Assembly: GCF_000372725.1 (NCBI RefSeq)
Contig: NW_005201183.1
Span: 319,428 to 365,872 of the forward strand
Length of the DNA stretch: 46,445 nucleotides
Direction of reading: 5' to 3'
Source of the DNA: Emiliania huxleyi CCMP1516
Taxonomy: Eukaryota
Below, in pieces: positions 35,021-46,445 of the stretch (positions are counted from its first letter, which is position 1; each line of letters starts with the position of its first letter). The notes beneath the pieces are model-generated. The model was given only the letters and a program-made list of their open reading frames with translations, did no database searches and was not told the DNA's origin. Both the position numbers and the translations under genes were made by a program.

Positions 35021-35534
35021 CGTCCCTCCGGCCAGTTACCATGTTCAAACTCCGCTCTTTAATTCGAACTTTCTCGCCTCGGCTCGTGGGGCTCCGGGGA
35101 GTGTTGATCGCGACGCCAGCGCCAGCCTCCCCCCTTGACCACGGTCGCTTAGCCGCCCCTCAATTTTGACGAAAGGGGGAACCGAACTAGAGATGCGAAT
35201 TAGAGGCCCCATGTACATGGGAGTACCCTCTCGAGACGGTGAGAGAGATCAGGGGAAGCCATCCATGGGGGACGGGCACCAAGGCACTAACTTCATCACT
35301 CATTAGCTCATTCGCCCCGCGCCTTTAGCAAGCCCTGGTGCAGTGTGTCTTCGGATAAGCGGCCAGCTTCCCACCAGGGCAGGGAACCCCCGGCGGCGAC
35401 GCTCAAGTGTGTGGCCTACGGACTGGTTGGGTAGTAGTCTAAGTTCTGAGCCTGGAGGCCTAACGGGTCTAAGTGTGGCTAGCCACGCTGGAGTGCTTGC
35501 GCGGTCTAAGATCAGCGGGAGCCCCTTACATCGG

Positions 35535-36081
35535 CTAAGTCGGCCGTGGACGGCCTGGGGCCAAGAGGCTCCCACCGTGATCAACGTACAAACGATACGG
35601 CGCAACCCCCAAATTTTCTTCGCCTGCGGCGGGCGATCGGTCCTTCTCATGCTCAGCAATCGCCGCCGCAGCATCCTCCTCTTCCGATTCTCGTCGCTGC
35701 TTCTTGAGCGCAATCTTCGGCGACTTCTTCGCCAAACAGTTCTCACAAATAGCCTCAAGCTCAAACAAACGCATGTCAGAGAAGCCTGTGTATGCTGGTC
35801 CTCTTTGAACGATCCGCGCGTGAGGTAGCATAGGGCCTTGTTGACAGCAGCCAGCTTGTTGCGCTGCTTCGTTGCGATGAGCTGATTGGGATCGCAGAAG
35901 TGCATGCCAAGCACCGCCACGATCTTGAAGCAGAACACATCGCAACCGCATCGTCCGCACTGCCATCGGCATGCCGCGCCCGCCGCTTCGCCGCAGCCGC
36001 CTTAAGGCACGCATAGCGGCAGCATATGGTACGTTGCGCGTACTTGAGCAGGCGTTGCGCGCCGCAAGTAGCGCACTGGCC
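35535..36081 (-). pseudogene. Cys4 zinc finger + chromodomain-like protein, frameshifted copy
   Basis: After a CAG acceptor at 36082: CATCG...ICCRYAC; frameshift ~35940; CFKIVAVLGMHFCDPNQL...RN...LCYLTRGSF; frameshift ~35805; GPAYTGFSDMRLFE. Aligns with 39295-39774. Confidence 0.65.
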
Positions 36082-36498
36082 CTGGGAGAAGGCGATATGG
36101 CGTCGTGCGCGGCAAACGTTGGTCGGGACGCGTCCAGGTATTTTTCGGGTAAACCTGAAAGCTTTTCAGGTATACCCGGGTTTTACCCGGAGTTGGCCTT
36201 ATGTCGTCTAAGTTCATGGCCCCCGACCATGGGGGTCTAAGTCCGAGCCCGGCTCCGTGCGGGGGCTAAGTTGAGCGCTCGCTCGCTGCAGAGGCTAAGT
36301 GTAGAGCGACCCTCTAGCCCTACTACCCAACCATTGCCTACGGTAGCCATAGACTCTAGTGCGCGATACTGGGGCTAGGGGGTGGGGGGTGAGGGGCGCC
36401 CGCGCCAACGGGGAGAGAATGGAGGGGGGAGAGTATGCGTGCCCGTTCGAAGCATATTTTTTTCTCCATCACAGCAAATTTTTGGAAGTAAAGATATA

Positions 36499-38709
36499 TT
36501 ACTTTTCTATCACAACTAAAGTGAGTCGGCCGCTCTCTTGCACACGGCGCATGCCTCGCCCGAACGCGCGCACGAGCGAGTACGACCAGGGAAACAAGCT
36601 AACCTGATACACCCCCATCGCATGCCCCGGCTGCGGCCCGTGCTTCGCCTCGAGCGCCTCTAGTAGTGCCGCCTGGCCCGCGAGGCCGATCCGATTCAAC
36701 GGGGCGTACAGGTGACACCCCTGACCCGCGGCCGGGAGGGCAGCTGCGAGTGCCATCGCGCCCTTGTCGCCCACGTCGCACCCCCCCAACGCCAGCCCAT
36801 GCGACGGCGTGCCTGTCGACAGCGCCGTAGCTAGCACCGCGGCTCCCTCGTCGCCAATAGGCGTGAGAGCGACGGCGAGCATCTGCAGCGTCGGCGCCAC
36901 GCCGCGATGGAAAACGCCGCAGAGCGCGCCGACGCCGCGCGCGCCGTAGCGGTTTGCCCAAAGGTGGAGAATCTCAAGCGCCGGGAGCGCGCCGTCCTCG
37001 AGCCCCGCCGCAAGCTCCGCCACGCCCTCGTCGTCGAGGCGTGTCCCAACTAAGCTGAGGGTCCGGAGGCTCTCGCAATGGTTTAGCGCCTCCGCCAGCA
37101 GCGCCGGGCTAGTCCACGCGTCGCCACGCACGAGCGGCAGCCCGTGGTAGTCGAGCTTCTCGACGGTGCCCAGCACGCCTTTCGCCGTCTTTACGTAGAG
37201 CGCGAGCACGGCCGCCGAGTCCGCGCCGTTGGTGAAGCGGCAAGCGGCGAGCAGCTTCGCCATGCGCTCCGGAGTCGCGGGGAGCCGCCGCTGAGCGCCG
37301 CCGTCGCCGCTGGCGACGTCGATGACGAGCTTCCACTTGGCAAAACCCAGCTTAGAGGGCTTTGCGCCCAGCTCTGCGGAGCACCGCTCGAATGTCGTCC
37401 AGCCGCGAGTGTCGTAGGTCCGGCTCCGGTCGAAGCCGGCGGGCAGCTCGTCCGGCAGCTGCGTGAGCAGCACGACCGTGACCGAGGCGTGCGCGTACCA
37501 GAGGTCCTAACGCGGAATGTAAAGCCAACGTGTGCCGTGAGAGCGGTGCATGTTGTGGCGCTGTCAGGGGAAGGGGGAGTGGCTGGCGTGGGCTCACCAT
37601 CGTGTTCTCCAGCATGCGACCGAAGGCGGCCTTCTGCTCGCCCGACCGGCTCGCCTCATACGCGCGCCGCTCGGCAAACTGCGCCGGGTCCTTCTGGTAG
37701 CCCGAGCTCCAGTCAAGAAACACGCCCTGCGCGAGCCAGGGAGGGGGTGGCGGTGAGGAAGGGAGTAACGATGGGCAAGGCGCGGGAGGCAGCTCACCAC
37801 GTCCGAGAAGCCGTAGTTGCGGCACGCGCCGAGCAGGCCGCGCCCGCCGTAGAGGCCCCGCAGCTTGCGGCAGAGCAATTGGAGCTGGCGGCCCTCACGA
37901 TCTGGATGCGCCGCCTCGAGCCAGCAGTAGGAGACGGAGATGATCGGGAGCAGCCCGTCGGGGTTGCGCTTGCGGCCGAAAAAGCTCGCGAGCCAGCCGA
38001 GAGTGGATGAGAAGGAGGGCTCCTTGGTCATGCGCTCGGTGGCCTCCTCAAAGCCGGCGAGGTCGAAGCCGCGCCTGGCGCCTTGCTCGATCCGCCTCAG
38101 CTGAGCAGAGCTTAAGAAGGCCTCCTCTGGCAGGTCCTGCCGCCGCGAGAGCACGCCGCCCCGCTCTGCCAGCGCCATGAGCCAGTTCAGACTGATCAGG
38201 CGCACATCTCCCGGCCGGACATTGTCGCCGTCGCCCTCGAGGGCAGCCCAGATGGAGGCGTGCTCGCGGTAGCGGGCGCCGTCATTGGTGTTTGCGCGCG
38301 GCCGCTCGTGGGCGTGAAGACCGGACTCGGTGTCGGGGGTGTCGGGGAGCGTTGGCACGCGGTTCGGGGGCTGTGAGCTGCCTCGGCAGAGGTTGTAGAC
38401 GGCAAGGATGAGGGGATTCCGGAGGAACATGTGCTCGATCAGAGATGTCGCTGTGAGTAAGGCGGCAATCGGCAGGTCGACGAAGAGCATCATCGGAATC
38501 AGGTATGGGAGGCGACGCCAGGGGAGGAAGGCGGGAGGCACGCCGACAGCAGCGTCGGAGCTGCAGAGGCCGAGCGCGATGAATGGCGAGTGAACGAGAA
38601 CGGTGGATGGAAGCAAAATCAAACCGATCGCTGGCCAGAGCACGAAGCCCACGAGGGTCTCAACGCACGCGCGCAGCAGGCGGGCGGCCGTCATGCCACA
38701 GAGCAGCAT
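36499..38709 (-). CDS. Membrane-anchored HET-like domain + RNI-type leucine-rich-repeat protein (3 exons)
   Basis: GT-AG introns 37727-37797 and 37507-37597 keep the frame. N-terminal hydrophobic segments; ISVSYCW...HPD..G.QL, VFLDWSSGYQKD, MDLWYAH, YDTRGWTTFE; then LRRs (LRTLSLVGTRLDDEGVAELA, IGDEGAAVLA, VGDKGAMALA). Confidence 0.85.
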
Positions 38710-39134
38710 TTTACCCGAATTTCTTCAAAACCGGCGGAATACTGTCGAAGGCGAAAACACCAGGAAAGACGCGAAACTTTTTTGAAAAAACATAACATTG
38801 GTACGATTCATGTAACAAGGAATGTCATGTAACAAAAACATTGTAACGAGGAATGTCGCCCTCACCCAGAGCCGTCACCCCCACCCCACCCACCCCCGAC
38901 CCGAGAAAGAAAACAAACAGACTCTCCCTCGCACAACACACGCCACACGGGAAGACACCCTGTGTGTAAAACTATACACATCCCTGATATCGTGAACGCT
39001 GTAGACTAGAGATGAGATCGCCCATTCCAAACCGGCACTTTCGCCTATCCCTATTTTGTGCCCAGCCCTAGCACCTTATTCTCGCAGCACGGACACCCTG
39101 CCCACACCGGCCCGGCCGCCATCGAGGCGAGCCG

Positions 39135-39177
39135 ATGTGCATGTGCATGTGCATGTGCATGTGCATGTGCATGTGCA
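39135..39177. repeat. (ATGTGC)7 microsatellite
   Basis: Read directly. Confidence 0.95.
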
Positions 39178-39294
39178 GGGATTTCGAGGGCCGGTCGCTC
39201 GAACCTGCTCAGAAGTTAGTTTTTTTGCGTACCCCTTGCGCCATGAACAACCGCTCGAAACGCTCAAATTTGGGCGTTCCGCGCTTCGCTTCAG

Positions 39295-39774
39295 CCTTCT
39301 AAGCCGGCACCGCGGCGGGCGGATAGATGCGATAAATGCGGCAAGACCACTTGTGCTGCCGGGTGGAACTGGAACTCCGATCACACCGAGAAGGCTTGCC
39401 ATCGACGCAAGTGCATGCGGGCGGTCGGCCGTCTGCCACCACTCGCCAGCGATAAGGTTGCCGGGTCAACGGATGCAGCCTTGCTGGAGATTGAAGAGGT
39501 GCTCGGCATGCGCTACTGTGACCCGAGCCAGATGACTGCGGTGGCGCTGAGGAACCCTGTCGATGAAGACGACGAGCGCTTGGAGTACCTTGTCTCTGGC
39601 AGGTTTGGCAGTGGTCCCGACGACCGCGGCTTCCACTCTGTAGCTTGGGTCTTTGATGGCGATCTCCTGGACCATGTAGATGCGGAGGAGGTCAAGTCAG
39701 CGATGCAAACGTACAAAAATCGGATGGACAAGGAGTTCGCAGCGCTGGCGGATGCGTGCGACGCTGAAATGTAG
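39295..39774 (+). CDS. Cys4 zinc finger + chromodomain-like protein, intact-frame copy (5' exon not found)
   Basis: The frame is open upstream of ORF 39415: CDKCGKTTCAAGWNW...ACHRRKC, then LEIEEVLGMRYCDPSQM...RN...LEYLVSGRFGSGPDDRGFHSVAWVFDGDL. Candidate CAG acceptor at 39292-94. Confidence 0.65.
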   Translation, partial: PSKPAPRRADRCDKCGKTTCAAGWNWNSDHTEKACHRRKCMRAVGRLPPLASDKVAGSTDAALLEIEEVLGMRYCDPSQMTAVALRNPVDEDDERLEYLVSGRFGSGPDDRGFHSVAWVFDGDLLDHVDAEEVKSAMQTYKNRMDKEFAALADACDAEM

Positions 39775-39939
39775 CCGTCCCGGCACCCCACGTGCATGCG
39801 TGTGATATTCGAGGGCTCAACCGGATCGTGAGCGTTGTGAGGCCGCAATCCCGTGCTTAGCGATAGGCAGGCACATCATGTGGGTACTCAGGATCACTCG
39901 TATGATAATGTCAGCACGTAGCTACGCTCGCGAGGGCGA

Positions 39940-39996
39940 CCTAAGCACCTAAGCACCCTAAGCGCCCCCCCCGCTTAGGCCGCTTAGGTGCTTAGG
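39940..39996. repeat. 25-bp-arm hairpin built from CCTAAGC units
   Basis: CCTAAGCACCTAAGCACCCTAAGCG - C7 - CGCTTAGGCCGCTTAGGTGCTTAGG (2 mismatches). Confidence 0.9.
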
Positions 39997-40160
39997 CGGT
40001 CTCAGAGGTTGTGGGACCTGGGGCCCGCCGGGCCTGGGGCTGTCGGCTGAGCCACTCTCCGGCTGGTGGCTCTCTACGGAGCGTTTACACAATAGCTCGG
40101 CACCCTGACCGTGGACTCAGCCAGCACACAGAGGATGGGTGCTGTGCGCAGTCAGCCGGT

Positions 40161-42115
40161 TCAATCGATGTCGATCCCGTCGATCGCCGACGTATGGGCC
40201 GCCCCGCGCCCGCGCCGGCCGACGGCCGACGACAGATTTTCACACAGAGAGTGCTCGCTCGTGCTCGACCCGCCTGGTTCAGAGGATGATCCCGCGCCGC
40301 TCGCCTCTCCTGCGCCTCCCACCGGCCCGACCTGGTCGCTCTCCCCCCACTCGGCGCCCTCGCCGTCGTCGCCCGCCTCCGCCGCTGCAGCGCGCCTGCG
40401 GCGCGCCTCCTCGCGCCTCTCCTCCGCTCGCGCCACCGCCAGCTCGAACTGGGGCCGGAAGCGGCGGTAGAGGCGCATCGCCGCCGCCGCGTCCTCCTCC
40501 GGCGAGTGGCATCCCTCTTGGATCCGCCACTGCAGAAACTCGGCGGCGAGGTGGCGCAACTTGCGCGGCCGGCCGGCCCGGGTGCCGAGCAGCGAGGGCA
40601 GCCCCCGCGCCGTGTCGCGCACCAGCCTGCGCGGGTGCCCAAACCCGAGGGCCGCAAAGTCGTGCTGCAAATCGTGCCTAGTGGCGGCATGTTGCGGACG
40701 GGTCGGGGGCGCATGTCCGGCCGCCGGCAGAGGCGCGCTGCAGGTGTTCGCCCGACGACAACCTTGCCCTTGAGCAAGGCGGAGACCTCCCTCGACACCG
40801 CCTCGAAGGGCGGCGCGGTGGCGAGCATCGGCGCAGTCACGCCCGACCAGCGCGTTCGGTAGTCGGTCACAGCGCAAGGCGGCCGGCAGTACGAAAAGTA
40901 GACCACCTCCTCCGCCTGGCGGTAGCAGGGCGCTCACTTCCGAGACACTTCCGAGACACTTCCGAGACACTTCCACACACGGCCTCCCGGGCAGAGGAGG
41001 CGGGGAGGTGTCGGGCCGGGCGCCGGGGCCGCTCCGCCTCGTTGACGACGCAGACGGAGGCGAGCTTGGAAGGCAGCCCGCTCGCTCCGACGCCGACCTG
41101 CAGCGAGGTTCCAGCGAGGTGTGCGGTACAGGCTCGGGGAGGGGCCGCCCGCGCTCGCCTGATGCGCACCATCTCGCAGTCGACGGCAAGCACGCCTCCC
41201 GCCTCCGCGCCGCTCCCGACCGCCACCGCCTCGCGCCGCGTCGGCGGCGGAGGCGCGGCGTCGTGCCGCGAGCCCGCCCGGCGCGCTGGGTGCTTTGAGG
41301 CGCCGCCGAGGTGCCGCCTGTTGCCGTCGCGGCCGCGCCCGTGCCGCGCAGCCGCCGCCTGCTCCTCGGGTGGGTGCGCGAGCAGGTAGCTGAGCGCCCA
41401 CCGGCACGCGGCGAGCCTCCGCCTCACTGCGGAAGGAGGGCCGCCTGTTCACAGCCAAGCGTTGAGCGGCGCCTTCTTCACACGCGGCCTCACTGTGTCG
41501 TCGGCTGCCGCCGCTGAAGGCGGGGAGCGGGAGAGGCGAGCCGTCGCCGCCGGCCCCCTTCTGGGCGAGCGCGTCTGCGATCTCGTTCGACCGGTTCCCC
41601 TTGTGCGCCTGCACCTTGAAGAAGGCCGTCCGGCCTCTCCTCAGCCGCAGCAGCAGCTGGATCAAGAGCACGAGCCCGCCCCACCTTCCGTCCTGCGTCT
41701 GATCCGACACGCGCCTCCGGCCACGGCCACGGCCTCCGCCGCCCGACTCCGCCGCCGCCTGCGCGCAGCGCAGCGCGTGCATCGAGTCGGAGAAGACTGC
41801 GAGCGGCTCGCCACGCGGGTGGCGCAGGAGGCAGTGGGCGAGAGCCGCAAGCTCGGCGAGGTTCGAGTCTGCGGGTGCTCCGGCGGGAAGGGTGAGCCGG
41901 CCGTGCGTGTTGAGCTCGTGGCCCGCGGAGTAGAAGACGGCGGCGCCGCACGAGCCGTCCGCGAGCACCGCTCCGTCCACGAAGGCGCCCCGCGCCGCCG
42001 CCAGCCGCGGCTTGTCCAGCTTTGTGACGACAGTGAGTCGAGACGGCGGGAGCGGGCCGCCGCCAAAGAGGAGCTCGAGCAGGAGCTCGAGGAGGGCTCG
42101 AAGGGTGGACCACAT
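40161..42115 (-). CDS. RNase H1 domain fused to a REX4/ISG20-like DEDDh exonuclease (multi-exon)
   Basis: RNase H: FVDGA, SNLAELAA, VFSDS, KVQAHKGNRSNEIADALA. Exonuclease: LAVDCEMVGVG, TDYRTRWSG, VVG/HDLQHDF, RDTA, HSPEEDA. A GC-AG intron at 41427-41511 links the two in frame. Confidence 0.8.
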
Positions 42116-45100
42116 ATATCCTGAGTGTGGCACCCAAACTCCAACACGACGCTTGACGGTACGCGAGGCGACTCCCGTGGTTGGCCGCCGTTGCTGTGTG
42201 CCAGGGGTCGGCGAGTGTCCGTGCCCCAAATACACGAGGCCGGGCCTCGCCTGTGGAGAAAACGTACCGTGTCTCTATTTTCTCGAGGTTCTCGAGGAGA
42301 GAGAGAGAGAGAGAGAGAGAGATCCCTAGAGAGAGAGAGACCCAATGGCCGTTATCCGTTAGTGCGGACGTCGCCGCGGCTCGCCTCTGCCGCGGCGGCT
42401 GCTGCGCGCACGCGGCGGCGCCGCTCTCTCGCGAGACGGCTGGCGACGCGGCTCGCCGCCGACGTACGGTGCGCTCGTCCGACGGTCCGCAGCGTGGCGT
42501 GCGCGGCGCTGAGCGCCGCTCTGCGAGCGCCTCTGCGCCTGCACTGCCTGTCTCTGTTGCTGTTGGTGGTAGTGGTGCTGCTGCTGCTGGTGCCGATGCT
42601 GCTGCTGGCGCGGCGCGGCTGTGCGACTGGGCTCGACGCGCGCGTCGCGAGCGTCTGACGCGGCGGGCGGCGTCGGGCAGGTGCGCTTCTCTCTCGGGTG
42701 GTGGTGGTGGTGCTGCTGCTGCTGGTGGTGGTGCAGATGCTGCTGCTGGTGCGGCGCGGCTCTCCGACGCGACTCGATGCGCGCGTCGCGGCTATCTGAC
42801 GCGGCGGGCGGCGTCGCGGGCGGCAGCGGTGGCGGCTCGCGGGTGGAGGTGGAGGCTGGTGGCTGTGGTGGACTTTGAGTTTATTTCATGGTCGTGTACG
42901 GGGACCGGGGGGTCAACCGGGAGGCAGGGGGTTCAACCAGGCGACGGAGGACCGTGGGCCATCGCGGGGACCAGCCCGTCCGGAGGACGCACTGGGTAGA
43001 TCCGGATGGTCTCACGCCGGTGGGTGGCACCGAGGCGTCTTGGACGCTCAGCTCTACCTTGAGCTCCTGAGGAGCGCGTGGTTGTAACCACGTAGTATGA
43101 CTACAACCCACCACAGACACCCTCCCCCACTCCTCACGTGTGTTCACACCCTCACCCTCTCCTCTCTCCTCTCTCTCTCTCTCTCTCTCCTCTCTCTCCT
43201 CTTGTCTGTGCTGTCTGCCTGACTCAGGCACTCAATCTGCCGATGCGTGATTGTGTGTGGGCTGCTCCGAGGGGGCCCTCTGTGCGATCCGACGGGTAGG
43301 GGGGCTGTGCCCGGGCGGTGTCCGGTGTGGAGTCCCCTTCTGATCCCGCCTGGGATGTTGGGTGTGAGGTTGTGGCGGCTTCGATCCCAAGGGGGGGAGC
43401 TGATCCCACTCAATAACCAACTCTCAGGGGCAGTAGGTGGGCGAGCTTCAGGCACGCTCATCTCGATCGTCAAGACGTTGCTACGCGCGGTCTTCCGCGG
43501 GGGGAGCTGCGTCGACGGGTGCGGGACCGCGGCGCAGCCAGTGCCGTGGCGATGCCTCCGGCTGTTTGCGGCGGGCGGCTTGCTGCTCGCTGCGATGGCG
43601 AAAAACTCGTCTCGCCACACGCCAAGGGCTTATGCTCTGGCGAGACGTGAGGCGCATGCGCCCAGGAGGGGAGGGGGCATGTGTAACGACACTGCTAGAG
43701 ATGCCTTTCGGGGCCCAGAGATAAAACTTCTGTGATGCCATGCGTGACCTAGTAGTGTCCCCAGCTATGGGCGTGTCCACGTTGGAGCCAGGTGTGTGTG
43801 GTGTGGGCGCGAGAATAGCTCCGCCGTTCATGGAGGCAACCGATGCGAGTCGACTGGTGTGTGTCGTCGTGGTTTCGTATCAAGAATTCTCTCTCTCTCT
43901 CGTTCTCGAGGTGGATATCCTTTGGCCGCGTTGGGTAGCGAGGATTGGTGTAACCCGAGCCACGGAGGCGTGTTTTCTGGCGGCCGACCGTCAGTGCACG
44001 GAGTTGCCACTTCTCCGACTGCCCCGGCTAGTTCCCGAGTTTCGCGGGAACGACCCCATGCGTCAAACCCGAGACCTAGCGCGGGTGGGTTGGAGGGGGC
44101 TCGCCCCGTTCCTCCCCATCGGGCCGCGTGAGCGGCCTCGCCTCGCAGATTCGTTTTTCGCGCCTGGGTCAGGCGCGCGGGGCATCCCCCGGGTCGCTCG
44201 ACCAGCGATCCGAAGAGTGGCCGCTATGCGAGGGAAAGAGCGGGGCCCACGGGGTACGCCTCCGTCCGGCCCCCTCCGAGGGGGGAAGGGAATTGTGGGG
44301 TCCCCACGGGCGCCTCTCTTCGGCCCTCCCGAGGGGGGGGGGGGGAGGAGCAAGGGGGTGGGGGGATCGGGGCGGGGGGGGAGGGGTCTCGGGTTTCATG
44401 GGTACTAAGCTGACCTTTCGGGGAGGGGCCTCCGTTCAAGCGCTCATCACCGGAGTGAGAGCTGCCTGACGTCTTCCCCTCCTCCCTCGCGGCAGCGAGT
44501 AGGCAGCGAGTAGAGAGGGTGGAGGGGCCTCGGTGACAGGCGAGCGCAGTGGCGCGCGCCCAACGTCTTCCCCTCCCCCTCGGGAGTACCTATACGCTAG
44601 ACGAGCGAAGGGCGGTGGCTAGTGCGCGGGCGAGGGGAGGGGGCGGGGCGGGGCGGGGAGGAGGGCAGGGGAGGGAAGGCTTGGCTATCAGCTGCTGTCG
44701 AGCCGCAGACTGCCGCTGTTGTTAGCGCCGCGATCCGCCGCCGCGCCGCCGCGCCGCCGCCGCCTGCGCCGCCTGCGCTCGCCGCCGCCTCGCAGACGAC
44801 ACCTCTCGCGCTCGAAGAGCCGCGCAGCGGGCCGCGAGGTGGAGGTCAGAGAGCCGCAAAGTGGCGAGGTCATGAAATCATGAAATTTTGAACTTGCCCG
44901 AGACAGCCCGGAGACGGTCCCGCGTTGTCGCCCCGGTGCTGGCGCATCACGCCTCGGCCGCGATGGGCCGGTTCCGCCGCGCAGTCGAGCAGCAGGGGCT
45001 CTGGCACAAGTTTGTCGACAAACTGGTCGAGCAAAATTTCGGCGAAGAAGCGGCACCGGCGGCACGCCGGGATGAACCCGGACCGGGCCCATTTCAGAAC

Positions 45101-45243
45101 CGCGGCGGCGAGCCGCCGCGGGCCCACAGGAGAGCTGGGAGCCGCGGCACTTGACCGCGCCGCCAGCGAGGCGAGAGCTGCAGCCGACGACCGGCCGACA
45201 TGGCAGTTGCAACCGCGGGAACGTTTATTTCTCTCTATTTTAA

Positions 45244-45959
45244 GGTTCTCCGGGCCAGTTGGGGGGGGCAAACCCTGCCCGGCCCCTAGGACCCCAGGTA
45301 AGGCCCAGGTGTGGCCTAGGGCATCAGAAGGGACCAAGAGGAGTCCAGTCTGAGCCATAGAGCCCATGTCTTTGCCCCCGAAGGTCGCGTTCAAATGCCC
45401 GGAACGGACGTCACAGTGGTGTCCGGCCGGCGCGATCACCGAGCTGTGACGCTCAGGGAAGCCCGATGAGGTGCTAGTTTCTTTGCCCAGGCCTGGCCTT
45501 CCCCCCAGGCTGGATCAGCTGAGCAAGGTTTGGGGAGAATCCCCCGGTCAGATCTTCAGATATTTTGACGGATGACCAAAATCTTGGAGCACTTGGAGTG
45601 CAGCACCCCGTTTTTGCCCATTTTTGGTCATCCGTCAAAATATCTGAAGATCTGACCGGGGGATTCTCCCCAAACCTTGCTCAGCTGATCCAGCCTGGGG
45701 GGAAGGACAGGCCTGGGCAAAGAAACCAGCACCTCATCAGTCTTCCCTGAGCGTCACAGCTCGGTGATCGCGCCGGCCGGACACCACTGAGACGGCCGTT
45801 CCGGGCATTTGAACGCGACCTTCGGGGGCAAAGACATGGGCTCTATGGCTCAGACTGGACTCCTCTTGGTCCCTCCTGATGCCCTAGGCCACACCTGGGC
45901 CTTGCCTGGAGCTCTAGGGGGCGGGCTGGGTTTGCCCCCCCCAACTGGCCCGAGGGACC
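45244..45959. mobile_element. Fold-back element: ~338-bp inverted arms, ~40-nt spacer, TTAA flanks, GG...CC termini (Kolobok-like)
   Basis: 45244-45581 is the near-perfect reverse complement of 45622-45959; TTAA at 45240-43 and 45960-63. Confidence 0.85.
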
Positions 45960-46445
45960 TTAAACAACAACTCACTGTCACAGCACACAGGCTCGACAGC
46001 AGTGCAAGAAGAAACGAGATACCCACGACGAGTCAAGAAGAAACCGAACTGCCCGTCTTGTGTCCAGTCGCTACCATAAGACTGTCATGCGTGTCACCAC
46101 CTAGCACTAACACCCCTCCTCTCACCACACTGGTTCGGACGGGCAACAACGCAAGAAAGTCACAGGCGGGCACCGAACTCTCTCTCTCTCTCCGAACTCT
46201 CTCCGAATGAAAAGAGGCGTTAGCGGACGCGACGAAGATTCCGCGACGGTGCAGCGAGGTACTCACGCCTCTCGGGTGTTTTGTGTGTCTGCTGAGGCGA
46301 GCCTTGGCGAGACTGGGTGAGCTGTTTGTTCCCACTTTCCCACAGGGAAACGCGTCCGGTGGGCACAGCAGGCAGGCTGCTGCATCGGTCGGTGGAAGTA
46401 CCTCGCCACAGGGAAACGTCCGGGTTTGTCTTTTGAGAAAGAGTT

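Noticed and set aside
42350..45230. Possible retroelement or recombinase relics
   Set aside because: No RT, integrase, tyrosine-recombinase or transposase motif was recognisable in the frames I read.
1..46445. TnpB/Fanzor, Cas or an autonomous transposase
   Set aside because: No RuvC, Cas or DDE transposase motifs were seen in the ORF track. All TIR elements here look non-autonomous.

Overview
This is high-GC, intron-rich eukaryotic DNA with many short GC-AG introns, 10-12 bp minisatellites, bipartite plastid-targeting leaders and one 772-nt assembly gap. That style points to a haptophyte, probably Emiliania/Gephyrocapsa huxleyi (inference). Recognisable genes: legumain (partial), a plastid ClpS-like protein head-to-head with a rhodanese, a calcineurin-B-like EF-hand gene, a C2H2 zinc-finger gene, a DUF2358/NTF2-like gene, a HET-like + LRR protein, and an RNase H1-REX4/ISG20 exonuclease fusion. 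A ~4 kb block holding the EF-hand gene and a secreted glycine-zipper protein occurs twice, ~15.3 kb apart. At least four non-autonomous TIR element families are readable from their TIRs and target-site duplications (8-bp, TA x2, 7-bp, TTAA fold-back). The most unusual region is 34.4-42.1 kb: a five-repeat beta-flower-like secreted protein, then a membrane HET-LRR gene flanked by two divergently oriented homologues of an unrecognised Cys4 zinc-finger + chromodomain-like protein, then the double-nuclease fusion. All domain calls come from motif recognition by eye; no searches were run.
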